This document shows, piece by piece, positions 29,782-40,078 of a DNA stretch of 64,000 nt. This stretch comes from Spirochaetota bacterium (GTDB lineage: Bacteria > Spirochaetota > UBA4802 > JAFGDQ01). The stretch's first letter is position 1. Every line of letters begins with the position of its first letter. The stretch lies in the NCBI GenBank assembly GCA_043803405.1, contig JAZDKB010000043.1:22143-86142 (forward strand), read 5' to 3'. The notes under the pieces were generated by a model. That model was given only the letters and a program-made list of their open reading frames with translations, was not told the origin of the DNA and did no database searches. The position numbers were made by a program, and so were the translations under genes.

Positions 29782-30723
29782 ATGTACAATATTTTAGTTG
29801 TTGATGTTTCCTCGGACAAAGACTCGGTTGCAGAATTGTTCAGAAAAATAGGCTACAATGTTGAGATATCTGAATCAGCATTCGACGCAATGTCAAAGCT
29901 TAAAGCTTACGATTTCGACCTGGTGGTATCCGAAGTGGAGCTGCCGGGCAATAATGCATTTGAACTGTATAATTACATCAGCACGTATTATCCCTACATT
30001 CCGACGATGATGATAACTGAAAAACAAATCGATAATTTTTTTGAGCGTATTTTCCAGGAAGGCATCGGCAATGTATTATGCAAACCCCTTTTGAAAGATG
30101 AAGTAGTCAACCTTGCGGAAAAATTAATCACCAAAAAAAACGTATTCGGCCTTAAAAATTATATGAAAGACATTGAGGCAATAAGCAAAATACGTATAAC
30201 ATCTTCGGATAAAATTCAGGAATATATCAATAAAGCCCTTGCCCGAATTGAAAAATGGGGCTTTAAAATCGAAAATAAAGTAGTATTAAAACTTGTTCTT
30301 AATGAAGTAATCATTAACGCAGTATACCATTCACATGGGTATAAAAAAGAGAAAGAAGCACGAAAACAAATTAATCTTAAAAAAGATGAATATGTGGATC
30401 TTTTCCTGGCAAAAAACAGCAGCGGATACGGAATTTCCATTAATGATTATCGCGGCAAACTTTCAAAAAAAATGATTCTTGAAAATCTGAATAGAGCGAT
30501 AAAACAAAGCCAATTAATATTAAAAGCTTATGAAACAGGTGAGGAAATATCGGACGAAATAACTGAAACAGGAAGAGGCCTTGATTTATTACGAAAGATT
30601 GCAAAGGATTATTATTTTATAATTAAGAGAGACGAACGTACGGAAGTAATTCTTCTTTTTACTAATATGGAAAACAAAGAACGTGTCATAGGCACATCTC
30701 TTAAAATAATAGAGAATATATAA
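29782..30723 (+). CDS. Atypical receiver domain fused to a HATPase_c (anti-sigma/Ser kinase-like) domain
   Basis: Receiver fold (ILVVD, DLVVSE, KP) followed by NEVIINAVYH and GRGL boxes. Confidence 0.75.
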   Translation: MYNILVVDVSSDKDSVAELFRKIGYNVEISESAFDAMSKLKAYDFDLVVSEVELPGNNAFELYNYISTYYPYIPTMMITEKQIDNFFERIFQEGIGNVLCKPLLKDEVVNLAEKLITKKNVFGLKNYMKDIEAISKIRITSSDKIQEYINKALARIEKWGFKIENKVVLKLVLNEVIINAVYHSHGYKKEKEARKQINLKKDEYVDLFLAKNSSGYGISINDYRGKLSKKMILENLNRAIKQSQLILKAYETGEEISDEITETGRGLDLLRKIAKDYYFIIKRDERTEVILLFTNMENKERVIGTSLKIIENI

Positions 30724-30992
30724 AACAATTTTAAATATCTATTCGCTTATACTCCTTCTTGTCCGATTTAAAAAACCTGCCATAATATTAATACGTCCAT
30801 ATAACCTGAAAAAATATTCATAAATATTCGATTGACACGTTTATCTTTTCAATTTATTTTTGACGTATATATTCATGTTTTTATACCGAGAATTTAATGA
30901 ACTTTAAAAGATCGCTTTAGCCTCCTTACTTGTTTGGAAAATAACCAGAATTCTAATTATTTTTAAAAAAAATAATTAGTGGAAACGACGTT

Positions 30993-32006
30993 ATGAATGA
31001 TTTGAAAAATCAAGATGGTACTCCTGAAGAAAATATTTTATATTTTTTAAAGGGCAGATTCAAGTCCAACTCGCTGAATTTTTACGGACTTTTTCTTCTT
31101 ATATTCAATACGCGTAAGGAACTTACAATAAGTCATGTTCTTGTTTCTTCTTTTTCTAGCGTTTACGACATGGAGCCGCACTTCGGTTGGGAAAAGTACG
31201 AAGAATTTATTGTAAATTCAAAATGGAAGGGAAATTATAATCCGAGCATGACTGCCTCAATTGAATCCTTTTTCAAACAAATAACATTAGAGCAAATCGG
31301 ACAAAAAGAAATGCTCTATAAATATATTCAGAATTATGATTACGATAATGTCGACACATTCATGTTCGACATCATAAAAAGAATAATCCATGACAAAAAT
31401 TTAATTATTGAAACAGGAATTCAGGAAGCATCGGACATGGAATTCCGCAAAACAAAGGAATCCAGATCTCAAAAAAAAGAAAAAGAACCTAACGTTGAAA
31501 AAATATCATCTGAGGAAGGGGTAACGTTATCTATTCAACTTATTTTGGCTCCTGTAACAGGGAAGCCTTTATTTGATCTTAAAATAGGCGATGTAATTAT
31601 ATGTAAAATAATTCCCAATACTGACAGAGCCAATTATTTTATCGATCTCCTTGATCTGAGAGTGGAAAATTTTGTAAAACCGGTTCCATGCAAGGTCATT
31701 GATATTAAATCAGAAGGCAAAGGTTATCCGCTGGAAATATTAACTGAAATAGGTCCAGGGATTTACGGCAAATGCATTGAAGATGAGCGCCAGGTAAAAC
31801 TTAGAATGTACGATCCTGCGGTTGATGAACGTATCAGTAAAAAAAATATAGCGGAAATAAGAAGGGATTCTTCTAATGAATCATCCGCATCACCTAAAAT
31901 ATCAATAAGGAAAAATATTAATTATACAAAAGTTTTTTATTTCGCAATCGGAGTGCTGATAATTATAGCCTTTCTGATTATTACTTATTATTTATTCATA
32001 TTCTAG
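30993..32006 (+). CDS. Hypothetical protein with C-terminal membrane anchor
   Basis: 337-aa ORF ending in a hydrophobic helix. Confidence 0.7.
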   Translation: MNDLKNQDGTPEENILYFLKGRFKSNSLNFYGLFLLIFNTRKELTISHVLVSSFSSVYDMEPHFGWEKYEEFIVNSKWKGNYNPSMTASIESFFKQITLEQIGQKEMLYKYIQNYDYDNVDTFMFDIIKRIIHDKNLIIETGIQEASDMEFRKTKESRSQKKEKEPNVEKISSEEGVTLSIQLILAPVTGKPLFDLKIGDVIICKIIPNTDRANYFIDLLDLRVENFVKPVPCKVIDIKSEGKGYPLEILTEIGPGIYGKCIEDERQVKLRMYDPAVDERISKKNIAEIRRDSSNESSASPKISIRKNINYTKVFYFAIGVLIIIAFLIITYYLFIF

Positions 32007-32087
32007 GAAACTCATATTATCGTTTTAGATGATACGGATTTATTCAAATATTATTTTATTTAATTGATACCGGCAAAATAATTTAAG

Positions 32088-32270
32088 TTACAGTGCTCTA
32101 TGCGGATGAGTTCTGAGTTTTTGCAGCTGGCCTTTTAATATAGAGATATCGAGCATGTAATTGCTGTATGTAGCATGCATCCCTTTTTTCTTGGCATTCT
32201 TTGCCTTTATCTCCATCTTCCTGATTTCGTCTTCAACTCTGCTCAGTTTTGTTTTATCCTTCACTTTCAT
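32088..32270 (-). CDS. Small basic hypothetical protein (60 aa)
   Basis: AGGAGG RBS before the ATG at 32270; MKVKDKTKLSRVEDEIRK. Confidence 0.6.
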   Translation of the reverse strand: MKVKDKTKLSRVEDEIRKMEIKAKNAKKKGMHATYSNYMLDISILKGQLQKLRTHPHRAL

Positions 32271-32440
32271 GTTTATTCCTCCTATGCATAATAAATGATA
32301 AAAATTTTTATTTAATTTATTAAAATTAGTTCTAATTTTATCCAAATCATTAGAAGATATAAATAAAAATGAAGATCGTCAAATAAAACTCACAATTTTT
32401 TATGGTTTTATTTATTATTTTTTGCGCATATACGACATAA

Positions 32441-32638
32441 TCAGTCTTTAAAGGGGTCTTTTTTGTTTTGTTCCTCTCTTTTATTTTGTTTTTCTATCAC
32501 ATCTTTCAAAATATATTGATAATTGCTGGATTTATCAATGTTCAGCTGTTCCAGCGGAACTTTATTTTTATTATTTTCTTTTTTACATCCCGGAGAAAAA
32601 AATATTAATGCAATCAATAAGTATCTGAGTGTTTTCAT
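32441..32638 (-). CDS. Small lipoprotein
   Basis: MKTLRYLLIALIFFSPGC lipobox-like; AAGG RBS. Confidence 0.6.
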   Translation of the reverse strand: MKTLRYLLIALIFFSPGCKKENNKNKVPLEQLNIDKSSNYQYILKDVIEKQNKREEQNKKDPFKD

Positions 32639-32819
32639 AATTTACCTTTTTAAATTTAAGAAGAGAATGGATTGTTCCTGTAATTATACTATAAATAATA
32701 TTTTTATATGCAATAAAAAAACTATTTGTAAAAATAAAATTATTTCTTCTGCAAACCGGTTGACAGCAAATATTATATATATTATGATCCATGATTAAAC
32801 GGGAAGGGAGGGATTTATT

Positions 32820-33515
32820 ATGAAAATTAATATGAATCTTGACAGGCTTGGCAGCGAAGCAGCGCCGGTTAAGCCTGCGCGTACTGATCAAAAAGCAAAT
32901 AATGATATAAATTTAGCAGGGGAAAATCTATCGCAGGCACCGGATAATCTTTTAAAAAAAAGAATCGATATTGACGCAATTATAGTTACGCAAATAGCAC
33001 AGGGTTTTTTTCAAAAGGCAGTCGTTATAAGCTCAAAGCTTAAAAGTCTGGCCGCGGATGCGCTTGCAACAGGAAAAATAAAAACAGCTGAGTTAAACGA
33101 TACGTTAAAAGATATTTCTTCTTTGAATAAAATTCAGGAAGGAGTGTCGTCTCCACAATCATTTTCTTTTCGCAATAATCTGAATATCAGCCAAGCGGGC
33201 GTTACATTTGACTTTGTAAAGACAAAGGAGGATTTAAACGCTTTAAAGGAATTTGCTGAAGATATTTCCTCAAAAACAATAAATTTAAAAAAGATTGACA
33301 GAATAAACGACAGCCTTATCAATAAAGCAGATACGGTGGATAATTTATCCGGTCAGCTTATTAACAAATTCACCGAATCCGGCAACAGAATTTCTTCAGT
33401 TAATAATTATTCTGAGCATGTTCAGGATACGGTTGGCCTGATTTTAAATTATCCGCAAACCGCACTAAAATCACAGGGGAACATAAGTCACAATATTGCG
33501 AAAAATTTTCTATAA
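32820..33515 (+). CDS. Hypothetical helical protein with a flagellin-like C-terminus
   Basis: GGAGG RBS; C-terminal NRISS...ILNYPQTALKSQGNISHNIAKNFL. Confidence 0.6.
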   Translation: MKINMNLDRLGSEAAPVKPARTDQKANNDINLAGENLSQAPDNLLKKRIDIDAIIVTQIAQGFFQKAVVISSKLKSLAADALATGKIKTAELNDTLKDISSLNKIQEGVSSPQSFSFRNNLNISQAGVTFDFVKTKEDLNALKEFAEDISSKTINLKKIDRINDSLINKADTVDNLSGQLINKFTESGNRISSVNNYSEHVQDTVGLILNYPQTALKSQGNISHNIAKNFL

Positions 33516-33630
33516 AAACCGGTTGCCAATCCTGTTTCGGCATAAAACAGAGTTGATTCTTAATTATAAGTCCGATTGATTTTTTCATATAAGCTATTCG
33601 ATTTAAACTAATAATTAACAGGAACCGCTT

Positions 33631-34038
33631 ATGGAAGTATTTGACGGCTTTATTGCTGCAATCGCATCCGAGTTTAAAATAAAATTCATTAAGGATTCGG
33701 ATGGGGCATATACCGCTGATATTGAATTTCAGAACGGGAGAACGCAGAAAATATTAATAACACTGTCCAAGGACGAAGCCGGCGACAGGCTGATTCATTA
33801 TTATTCGGTTATAGGTAAAACAAAACACGACTCACTGGAGCTTTATAAATTATCCCTGGAACTTAATTCAACCCTTGATTATGGGGCAATTACATTGCTG
33901 GATGGAACTTTACTGCTTAGGAACTCGATTCTGCTGAACCATTGCGAACCGCAGAGATTTATGAAATCCCTGATCTATATAGCTGCCAAAGCGGATGAAC
34001 TGGAAGAGATATTTATGGGACATTATGATGAAAATTAA
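33631..34038 (+). CDS. YbjN/type III chaperone-fold hypothetical protein
   Basis: GRTQ...YSVIG...LELNSTLDYGAI...AAKADELE pattern. Confidence 0.6.
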   Translation: MEVFDGFIAAIASEFKIKFIKDSDGAYTADIEFQNGRTQKILITLSKDEAGDRLIHYYSVIGKTKHDSLELYKLSLELNSTLDYGAITLLDGTLLLRNSILLNHCEPQRFMKSLIYIAAKADELEEIFMGHYDEN

Positions 34039-34122
34039 ATGTCGAAATACAGTTAATGAGTTTAGCTAATTGACATCTGGTTATGAAGAATTAAAGAATA
34101 TTAACAAAAAACGGAGATTTAA

Positions 34123-34584
34123 ATGAAAGTAATAGAAGGGAACCTTGATGCTTCGGGTTTAAAATTCGGTATTGTTATTTCAAGATTCAACGAATTTATA
34201 ACAAATAAGTTATTGAGCGGAGCGATCGATTGTTTAAAGAGAAATAAAGCTGATGAAAAAGATATTACTGTTGCGTGGGTGCCGGGAGCATTCGAGATAC
34301 CGCCGGTTGTGCAAAGATTGTCGGATTCCAAAAAATTCGACGCGATCATTTGCCTGGGAGCCGTAATACGGGGATCAACGCCTCACTTTAACTACATAGC
34401 TGCAGAAGTAACAAAAGGTATAGCGCACATAAGCCTTACATCGAACATTCCGATAGTATACGGAGTTTTAACGACAGATACGATTGAACAGGCGATTGAA
34501 AGAGCAGGGACAAAGTCCGGCAACAAGGGATTTGATGCAGCGCTTTCCGCAATTGAAATGTGCAATATTTTTACTCAGATCTGA
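34123..34584 (+). CDS. ribH: 6,7-dimethyl-8-ribityllumazine synthase
   Basis: [34 protein letters not shown]. Confidence 0.97.
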   Translation: MKVIEGNLDASGLKFGIVISRFNEFITNKLLSGAIDCLKRNKADEKDITVAWVPGAFEIPPVVQRLSDSKKFDAIICLGAVIRGSTPHFNYIAAEVTKGIAHISLTSNIPIVYGVLTTDTIEQAIERAGTKSGNKGFDAALSAIEMCNIFTQI

Positions 34585-34663
34585 TAACGCAGCCTCTGGT
34601 AAAAATATTCCGGTATACTTTGGGAAAATCTGAATTAGAATCTAATTTATATAATCAATAATA

Positions 34664-35110
34664 ATGGGACAAAGACATAAAGCAAGGGAATACGCCCTGC
34701 AGGCATTATATATGTTCGAAACCGTACAAAGTCCCACAGAAGAACTTTGCTCGCTCGAATGGCTGGATAAACAGCTGCCTGAGGAAGTAAAAAAATTTAC
34801 GATTTCTATAATAAACGGTTCAATAGAGAAGATCGAATTTATCGATAATATAATTAAGAAGTATTCCAAAAACTGGAAATTCGAAAGATTGAGCGCTATC
34901 GATAAATCTATTTTAAGATTATCGATTTATACGCTTCTTTTCCTTCCCGATATACCGACAGCGGTTGTTATAAACGAGGGAGTTGAGCTTGGAAAAACAT
35001 TCGGCGGCGAAAGCTCGGGTCAATTTATTAACGGAGTTCTGGACGCAATAAAGAATAAAGAGCTTAACAAGGAGAATAATCTGAAAGGTGTTCCGCAAAA
35101 GAAAAAATAG
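34664..35110 (+). CDS. nusB: Transcription antitermination factor NusB
   Basis: RHKAREYALQALY, INEGVEL, FINGVLD. Confidence 0.95.
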   Translation: MGQRHKAREYALQALYMFETVQSPTEELCSLEWLDKQLPEEVKKFTISIINGSIEKIEFIDNIIKKYSKNWKFERLSAIDKSILRLSIYTLLFLPDIPTAVVINEGVELGKTFGGESSGQFINGVLDAIKNKELNKENNLKGVPQKKK

Positions 35111-37124
35111 GTTTACTTTTGTCGAAGATGAACTCTCTCACTCCGATGAAAATGCCCCTGTAAATTTTTTTAAAAACCGAATTAAAAAAATTGAATTACT
35201 TAAAGGAAAGTCCTTATCCCTTATAATCATAATATCATCAGTAGTTATCGCGATTGCACTTGTACTTGTTTTAATTAATTTTTTTTATAAAAAGCCGCAA
35301 ATTTTTAAACCTGCAGAACAAAGCAATATTCTTTCGTTTACCGAAAAAAAAGACATCCCTTCCGGCAAAACTTCAAACGTAAAACTAGAGAAAGGAAAAG
35401 AAAATTATTCCAGGGGATATTACACCAACGCTATCACATATTTCAATGAAGTGGTTGAATCCGATGCGTCTAATGCTGAGAAAGCAATTGCTTTAACTTA
35501 TATTGGTATAATTCACGACGACAGGAGCAATTATAGTAAAGCGATCGAGTATTACCAGAGGGCTCTGAAATACGATGATAAGAACGCGATCATATACAGA
35601 AATATGGCTATTGCCTACAGACATTTAAACGACTATGATTCGGCAGCAAAGACAATAAAGAAAGGCCTTGATATTGATCCGAATAATATACAGAATCTCA
35701 TTCTTTACGGAAATATTTTATACGAGCAGGGGAATTATAAAGACGCTATTTCCGTATATGAAGATGCGTTAAAGATAAATAATGACCCTGTTGCTTATCA
35801 TAATTTAGCGCTTGCTCATATTAAGACAGGGAAGGAGTCCCTGGCAATGGATTATCTTTTAAAAGCCGGCGCTGCGGATAAGGTTGGAAATGTTGCCCAT
35901 CTGGCATATTCCAAACTTGGCGTAATTTACATTGAGAGAAAGGATTTTGAATCTGCGGAAAAATATCTTAAAATGGCTGAATCCTTAAATCCGCGGGACC
36001 CCGTTGTCAGTTACAACCTTGGGATAGCATATCTTAAAATGAAGCAGCCGGATAAAGCCATCGTTGAATTTAAAAAGGCTGAGGAATTCGGCAAGAACGA
36101 TGAAAACCTGCTGGAAAATCTGGGGGAGACTTACTTTAGTTTAAATGATTATGATAAAAGCATTGAAGCATTTAGTAAACTGCTTATTACAAACAAGCGC
36201 AACATAAAAATTCTTTCACGGCTTGCGGAGGTTTATCACGAGAAGGGAGAGCCGAGGGAAGCCCTGGAGCTTTACAAACAGATTACCGTGCTTGAACCTG
36301 CTACGGAAAATGCACGGGTCGCTTACGCGAATATGGGTAACATACTTGACGATCTGGGCAGGCCGGATGAAGCTATTGAGATGTATAACAGTGCTCTTGC
36401 AATAAACGAAGATGACGACACGACTCTTTACAACATGGGTATTGTGTATAAAAACGCCGGCAAGCTTGAGTTCGCGGTTAAGTCATGGCGCAGGGCATCG
36501 GAACTGAATGCGGATGCGCCAAAGCCTTTAATGGCAATTGCGGGCATATATGAAGAAAAAAATTTTTACGATCTGGCTATAGAACAATATCAAAAGATTA
36601 TTAAACGCTGGGACAATATGCAGGAAGCTCATTTTAATCTTGGAGTCCTTTATTATAAAAAGAATCTTACGGATTATGCTAAGGAAGAATTTAAAAAAGT
36701 AATTGAACTCAATAAAAACAACGAGCTTGCTGCAAAGGCATACACAAATCTTGGGGTAATAATCAGTAAAAACGCTGGCAGCAATGAAAACTCATTTGAT
36801 GAAGCGCAGGGTTATATTCAGAAAGCTCTGCTGCAAAAACCGAATGATGCTGAAGCTCTCATTACGCTCGGCTCTATTTATTTTAAGAAAGGTATGCTTG
36901 AAAAGGCAATCGATACATTCAACATGGCGATTTCATCAACGAGGGATCCAAAAATTCTTGCTGAAGCTTACAATAATATCGGAAAATCTTATCACAGGAA
37001 GGGGCTTTATAAGAACGCGTTGACTGCTTTTACGCATGGCATTGACCAGGATCCTACTATGGAAGAAATCAGGATAAACCGCAAGGTGTCCATGCAGGCT
37101 TATGAAGAAGAATTGCGCAGATAA
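35088..37124 (+). CDS. Membrane-anchored tetratricopeptide repeat protein
   Basis: N-terminal TM helix followed by many TPR repeats. Confidence 0.85.
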   Translation: MFRKRKNRFTFVEDELSHSDENAPVNFFKNRIKKIELLKGKSLSLIIIISSVVIAIALVLVLINFFYKKPQIFKPAEQSNILSFTEKKDIPSGKTSNVKLEKGKENYSRGYYTNAITYFNEVVESDASNAEKAIALTYIGIIHDDRSNYSKAIEYYQRALKYDDKNAIIYRNMAIAYRHLNDYDSAAKTIKKGLDIDPNNIQNLILYGNILYEQGNYKDAISVYEDALKINNDPVAYHNLALAHIKTGKESLAMDYLLKAGAADKVGNVAHLAYSKLGVIYIERKDFESAEKYLKMAESLNPRDPVVSYNLGIAYLKMKQPDKAIVEFKKAEEFGKNDENLLENLGETYFSLNDYDKSIEAFSKLLITNKRNIKILSRLAEVYHEKGEPREALELYKQITVLEPATENARVAYANMGNILDDLGRPDEAIEMYNSALAINEDDDTTLYNMGIVYKNAGKLEFAVKSWRRASELNADAPKPLMAIAGIYEEKNFYDLAIEQYQKIIKRWDNMQEAHFNLGVLYYKKNLTDYAKEEFKKVIELNKNNELAAKAYTNLGVIISKNAGSNENSFDEAQGYIQKALLQKPNDAEALITLGSIYFKKGMLEKAIDTFNMAISSTRDPKILAEAYNNIGKSYHRKGLYKNALTAFTHGIDQDPTMEEIRINRKVSMQAYEEELRR

Positions 37125-37190
37125 AAAAGCCTGTAGCATTACTCAATTCTTTTTGCTCCCGGTTAAAAATTACACAACAGATAATACTTT

Positions 37191-37667
37191 ATGCCGCAAA
37201 TAGCTCTTCTTAAAGAATACCCTGATTACGCGCCTGTGCTTGCGTTCTGGGCATTCAGGGAATGGTATATGGAAAGGGCTATCAGCTTTGATCTGCTTAT
37301 CAAGGCATATAAAGAAAGGGTCAATGATTCTAATCTGCCTATTTCACTGATTGCCATTGAAGACAAAATTCCGGTCGGTATGATTTCCCTGAAGGAGAAC
37401 GACATCTGGTCAAGAAAAGATCTGAATCCGTGGCTCTCGTCGCTTTTTGTTCTTCCGGAATACCGCAGGCGCGGGATCGGCTCTTTGCTTATAGAGCACT
37501 TAATACACAGGGCAAAACATCTTAAATATCATACATTATTTCTTTTTACTGAATGTGAGAATGGTTTTCTTGAAAATTATTATGCCAAAAAAAGCTGGGA
37601 ATTTCTCGAAAAAGCAAAAGGAAACGATAATAATTTTATTAAAATATATAATAATAATTTAAGTTGA
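37191..37667 (+). CDS. GNAT family N-acetyltransferase
   Basis: PWLSSLFVLPEYRRRGIGS acetyl-CoA binding motif. Confidence 0.88.
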   Translation: MPQIALLKEYPDYAPVLAFWAFREWYMERAISFDLLIKAYKERVNDSNLPISLIAIEDKIPVGMISLKENDIWSRKDLNPWLSSLFVLPEYRRRGIGSLLIEHLIHRAKHLKYHTLFLFTECENGFLENYYAKKSWEFLEKAKGNDNNFIKIYNNNLS

Positions 37668-37852
37668 CTTTTTCATCTTTGATTTTTATATGTGCATTCA
37701 ACTTTCTGAACTGAGTGCAAACGACTGTAATTTTAACTTGATTTTGAAAAAAATTCTGTTAAAATTAACTCTGCCGGTATATTTTTTGTTTTTTTGTTTG
37801 ACAGATACGGCATAATGAATATTTTTGCGTCTTGTGTGTAAAATAATCTCAT

Positions 37853-37925
37853 GAGTCGCTAGCTCAGTCGGTAGAGCAACTGCCTTTTAAGCAGTGGGTC
37901 GGGAGTTCAATTCTCCCGCGACTCA
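37853..37925 (+). tRNA. tRNA-Lys(UUU)
   Basis: Acceptor stem GAGTCGC/GCGACTC; anticodon arm CTGC-CTTTTAA-GCAG; GTTCAA T-loop; CCA not encoded. Confidence 0.93.
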
Positions 37926-37965
37926 AAGCATAAATTTTTTTATTTAATATGCGTTTTTAACATTT

Positions 37966-38038
37966 GTCCCCGTCGTCTAGGGGTCTAGGACATCGGGTTT
38001 TCATCTCGACAACAGGGGTTCAAATCCCCTCGGGGATG
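37966..38038 (+). tRNA. tRNA-Glu(UUC)
   Basis: Acceptor stem GTCCCCG/CGGGGAT; anticodon arm TCGGG-TTTTCAT-CTCGA; GGTTCAAATCC. Confidence 0.93.
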
Positions 38039-38048
38039 CATACAGCAT

Positions 38049-38082
38049 CAAAAAAACTCAACCTATAGGGTTGAGTTTTTTT
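38049..38082 (+). terminator. Intrinsic terminator after the tRNA pair
   Basis: AAAAAAACTCAACC-TATAG-GGTTGAGTTTTTTT. Confidence 0.85.
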
Positions 38083-38255
38083 ATTGAAAAAATTCATTAA
38101 CATACTGAAAATCATTATAAGCAATTTGCATTATTTTTTTTAGCCAAACCAATCATTTGTTTTGCTGTCGCGTCGTATGAGGCTGAAGGCAGAAGCCGGC
38201 TTAAAGATTCTTTTTTTTACTTGAACTGGCTGTTTAATATATGTATGCTTAATTT

Positions 38256-40034
38256 ATGAAACAAAAGCACACATATAACCTTGGAGTAGTAGGCAACTGC
38301 TCTATGCTCGCATACATCGACATGAGTGCGAATGTAAAATGGATGTGTCTGCCGAGGTTCGACAGCAGTTTTATTTTCGGATCCCTTCTCGACGAAAAAA
38401 AAGGCGGAGAATTCAGCATAACTCCTTTTAATAAAAAGTTTAAATCCAGACAATATTATTTAAAAAATACCAATATTCTTGCGACTGAATTCAGTTTAGC
38501 CGAAGGCAGTTTTAGGGTCATCGATTTCGCGCCCCGCTTTTATCAGTATGATCGTTATTTTCGTCCGACAACACTTTTCCGTAAAATAGAACTTTTATCG
38601 GGCAATCCTTATATCGTTGTGAAATGCCATCCTGTAGGCGAATACGGAGAAACACAGCCCGAAATCGTTTCAGGGAACAGTCATCTGCGTTTTTTACATC
38701 TTTCAAGTCATGTTAGACTCACAACAGATATTTCTCTTTCATATATCCTTAATGAAAAACCATTTGCCCTTACCGAAACCAAATACATTGCTTTCAGCTA
38801 CGGAGTGCCTGTAGAAGCTCCTCTCGCGGAAACAACCCAGATATTTTTTGAAAAAACAATGAGATACTGGATGCACTGGGTAAAACAAACAACCGCACCC
38901 CTTTTGTTTCAGGAACAGGTTATTCGATCTGCGCTTATATTAAAGCTGCATCAATACGAAGATACAGGTGCAATCATTGCTTCAGGGACTACAAGCCTGC
39001 CTGAATATCCCGGATCAAAGCGGACATGGGATTACCGATATTGCTGGATGAGAGATACTTACTATACACTTAACGCGTTCAATAATATCGGCCATTTTGA
39101 AGAGCTTGAAAAATATTTTCAATTTATACGGAATATTATTTTAACTGAACCAAAGAGTATTAAACCGCTGTATACTCTTATCGGAGAACCTGTTCCTGAA
39201 GTGGAAATACTGCCTTTAGAAGGATATATGGGAGAAAAACCTGTTAGGATAGGAAATGATGCGATAAAACAGGTGCAGAACGATGTATATGGTCAAATAC
39301 TTGTGAGCCTTCTTCCTCTCTTTATTGATAAAAGGCTGAATCATCTGGATGATAATGTTACACGGCATTTGACTGAATGGCTGACAGGGAAAATATCCGA
39401 ATACATGGACCAGCCGGATTCAGGCTTGTGGGAATTCAGCGAAACCGTTCACTATTACTGTAATACATATCTATTTCACTGGGCCGGAGGAAAAGCCGCT
39501 GAAAAGATCGGCATTTATTTAAAAGACAGCAATATAATTAATAAGGCACAAAAGCTGGCTGAAGATGCGAAGAAATATATTGAAAGATGTTATAATTCTA
39601 AGAAGAAGGCCTATTCACAGTCAACAGGAGGAAGCGTTCTTGATGCAAGCAGCCTTCAGCTTATTACAATGAAGTATCTTGACCAGAAAAGTGACAAAGC
39701 AGAAAAGCATCTTAAAGCACTCGAAAGGGAGTTGTTTCACGGAAAAGGCGAGTATTTCCGCTATTTGCAGGACGACATCGGGAGGACAAATACATCTTTT
39801 ATAATATGTGGTTTCTGGTACGCAGAAGCGTTAATTACTACAGGCCATCTTGACAGGGCATATTCGATTATTGAAAATTTAATAAATTGTTCAAACCATC
39901 TTGCGCTTTTAAGCGAGGATGCAGAGCATGACGGTTCGCAGTGGGGAAATTTTCCCCAGACTTACAGTCATGTGGGATTAATAAATGCTGTTTGTAAACT
40001 TTCTCAAAAAACAGACAATCCGGTATTTTTATAG
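38256..40034 (+). CDS. Glycoside hydrolase family 15 (trehalase/glucoamylase-like)
   Basis: CLPRFDS, TTSLPE, WDYRYCWMRD, GLWE, GNFPQTYSH. Confidence 0.92.
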   Translation: MKQKHTYNLGVVGNCSMLAYIDMSANVKWMCLPRFDSSFIFGSLLDEKKGGEFSITPFNKKFKSRQYYLKNTNILATEFSLAEGSFRVIDFAPRFYQYDRYFRPTTLFRKIELLSGNPYIVVKCHPVGEYGETQPEIVSGNSHLRFLHLSSHVRLTTDISLSYILNEKPFALTETKYIAFSYGVPVEAPLAETTQIFFEKTMRYWMHWVKQTTAPLLFQEQVIRSALILKLHQYEDTGAIIASGTTSLPEYPGSKRTWDYRYCWMRDTYYTLNAFNNIGHFEELEKYFQFIRNIILTEPKSIKPLYTLIGEPVPEVEILPLEGYMGEKPVRIGNDAIKQVQNDVYGQILVSLLPLFIDKRLNHLDDNVTRHLTEWLTGKISEYMDQPDSGLWEFSETVHYYCNTYLFHWAGGKAAEKIGIYLKDSNIINKAQKLAEDAKKYIERCYNSKKKAYSQSTGGSVLDASSLQLITMKYLDQKSDKAEKHLKALERELFHGKGEYFRYLQDDIGRTNTSFIICGFWYAEALITTGHLDRAYSIIENLINCSNHLALLSEDAEHDGSQWGNFPQTYSHVGLINAVCKLSQKTDNPVFL

Positions 40035-40078
40035 CTGATTTAAATATAAAAAATTTAACGCACGTATGAGGATTCATC

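Noticed and set aside
38160-38205. GC-rich patch before GH15 as a c-di-GMP riboswitch
   Set aside because: No convincing consensus motifs or paired stems.
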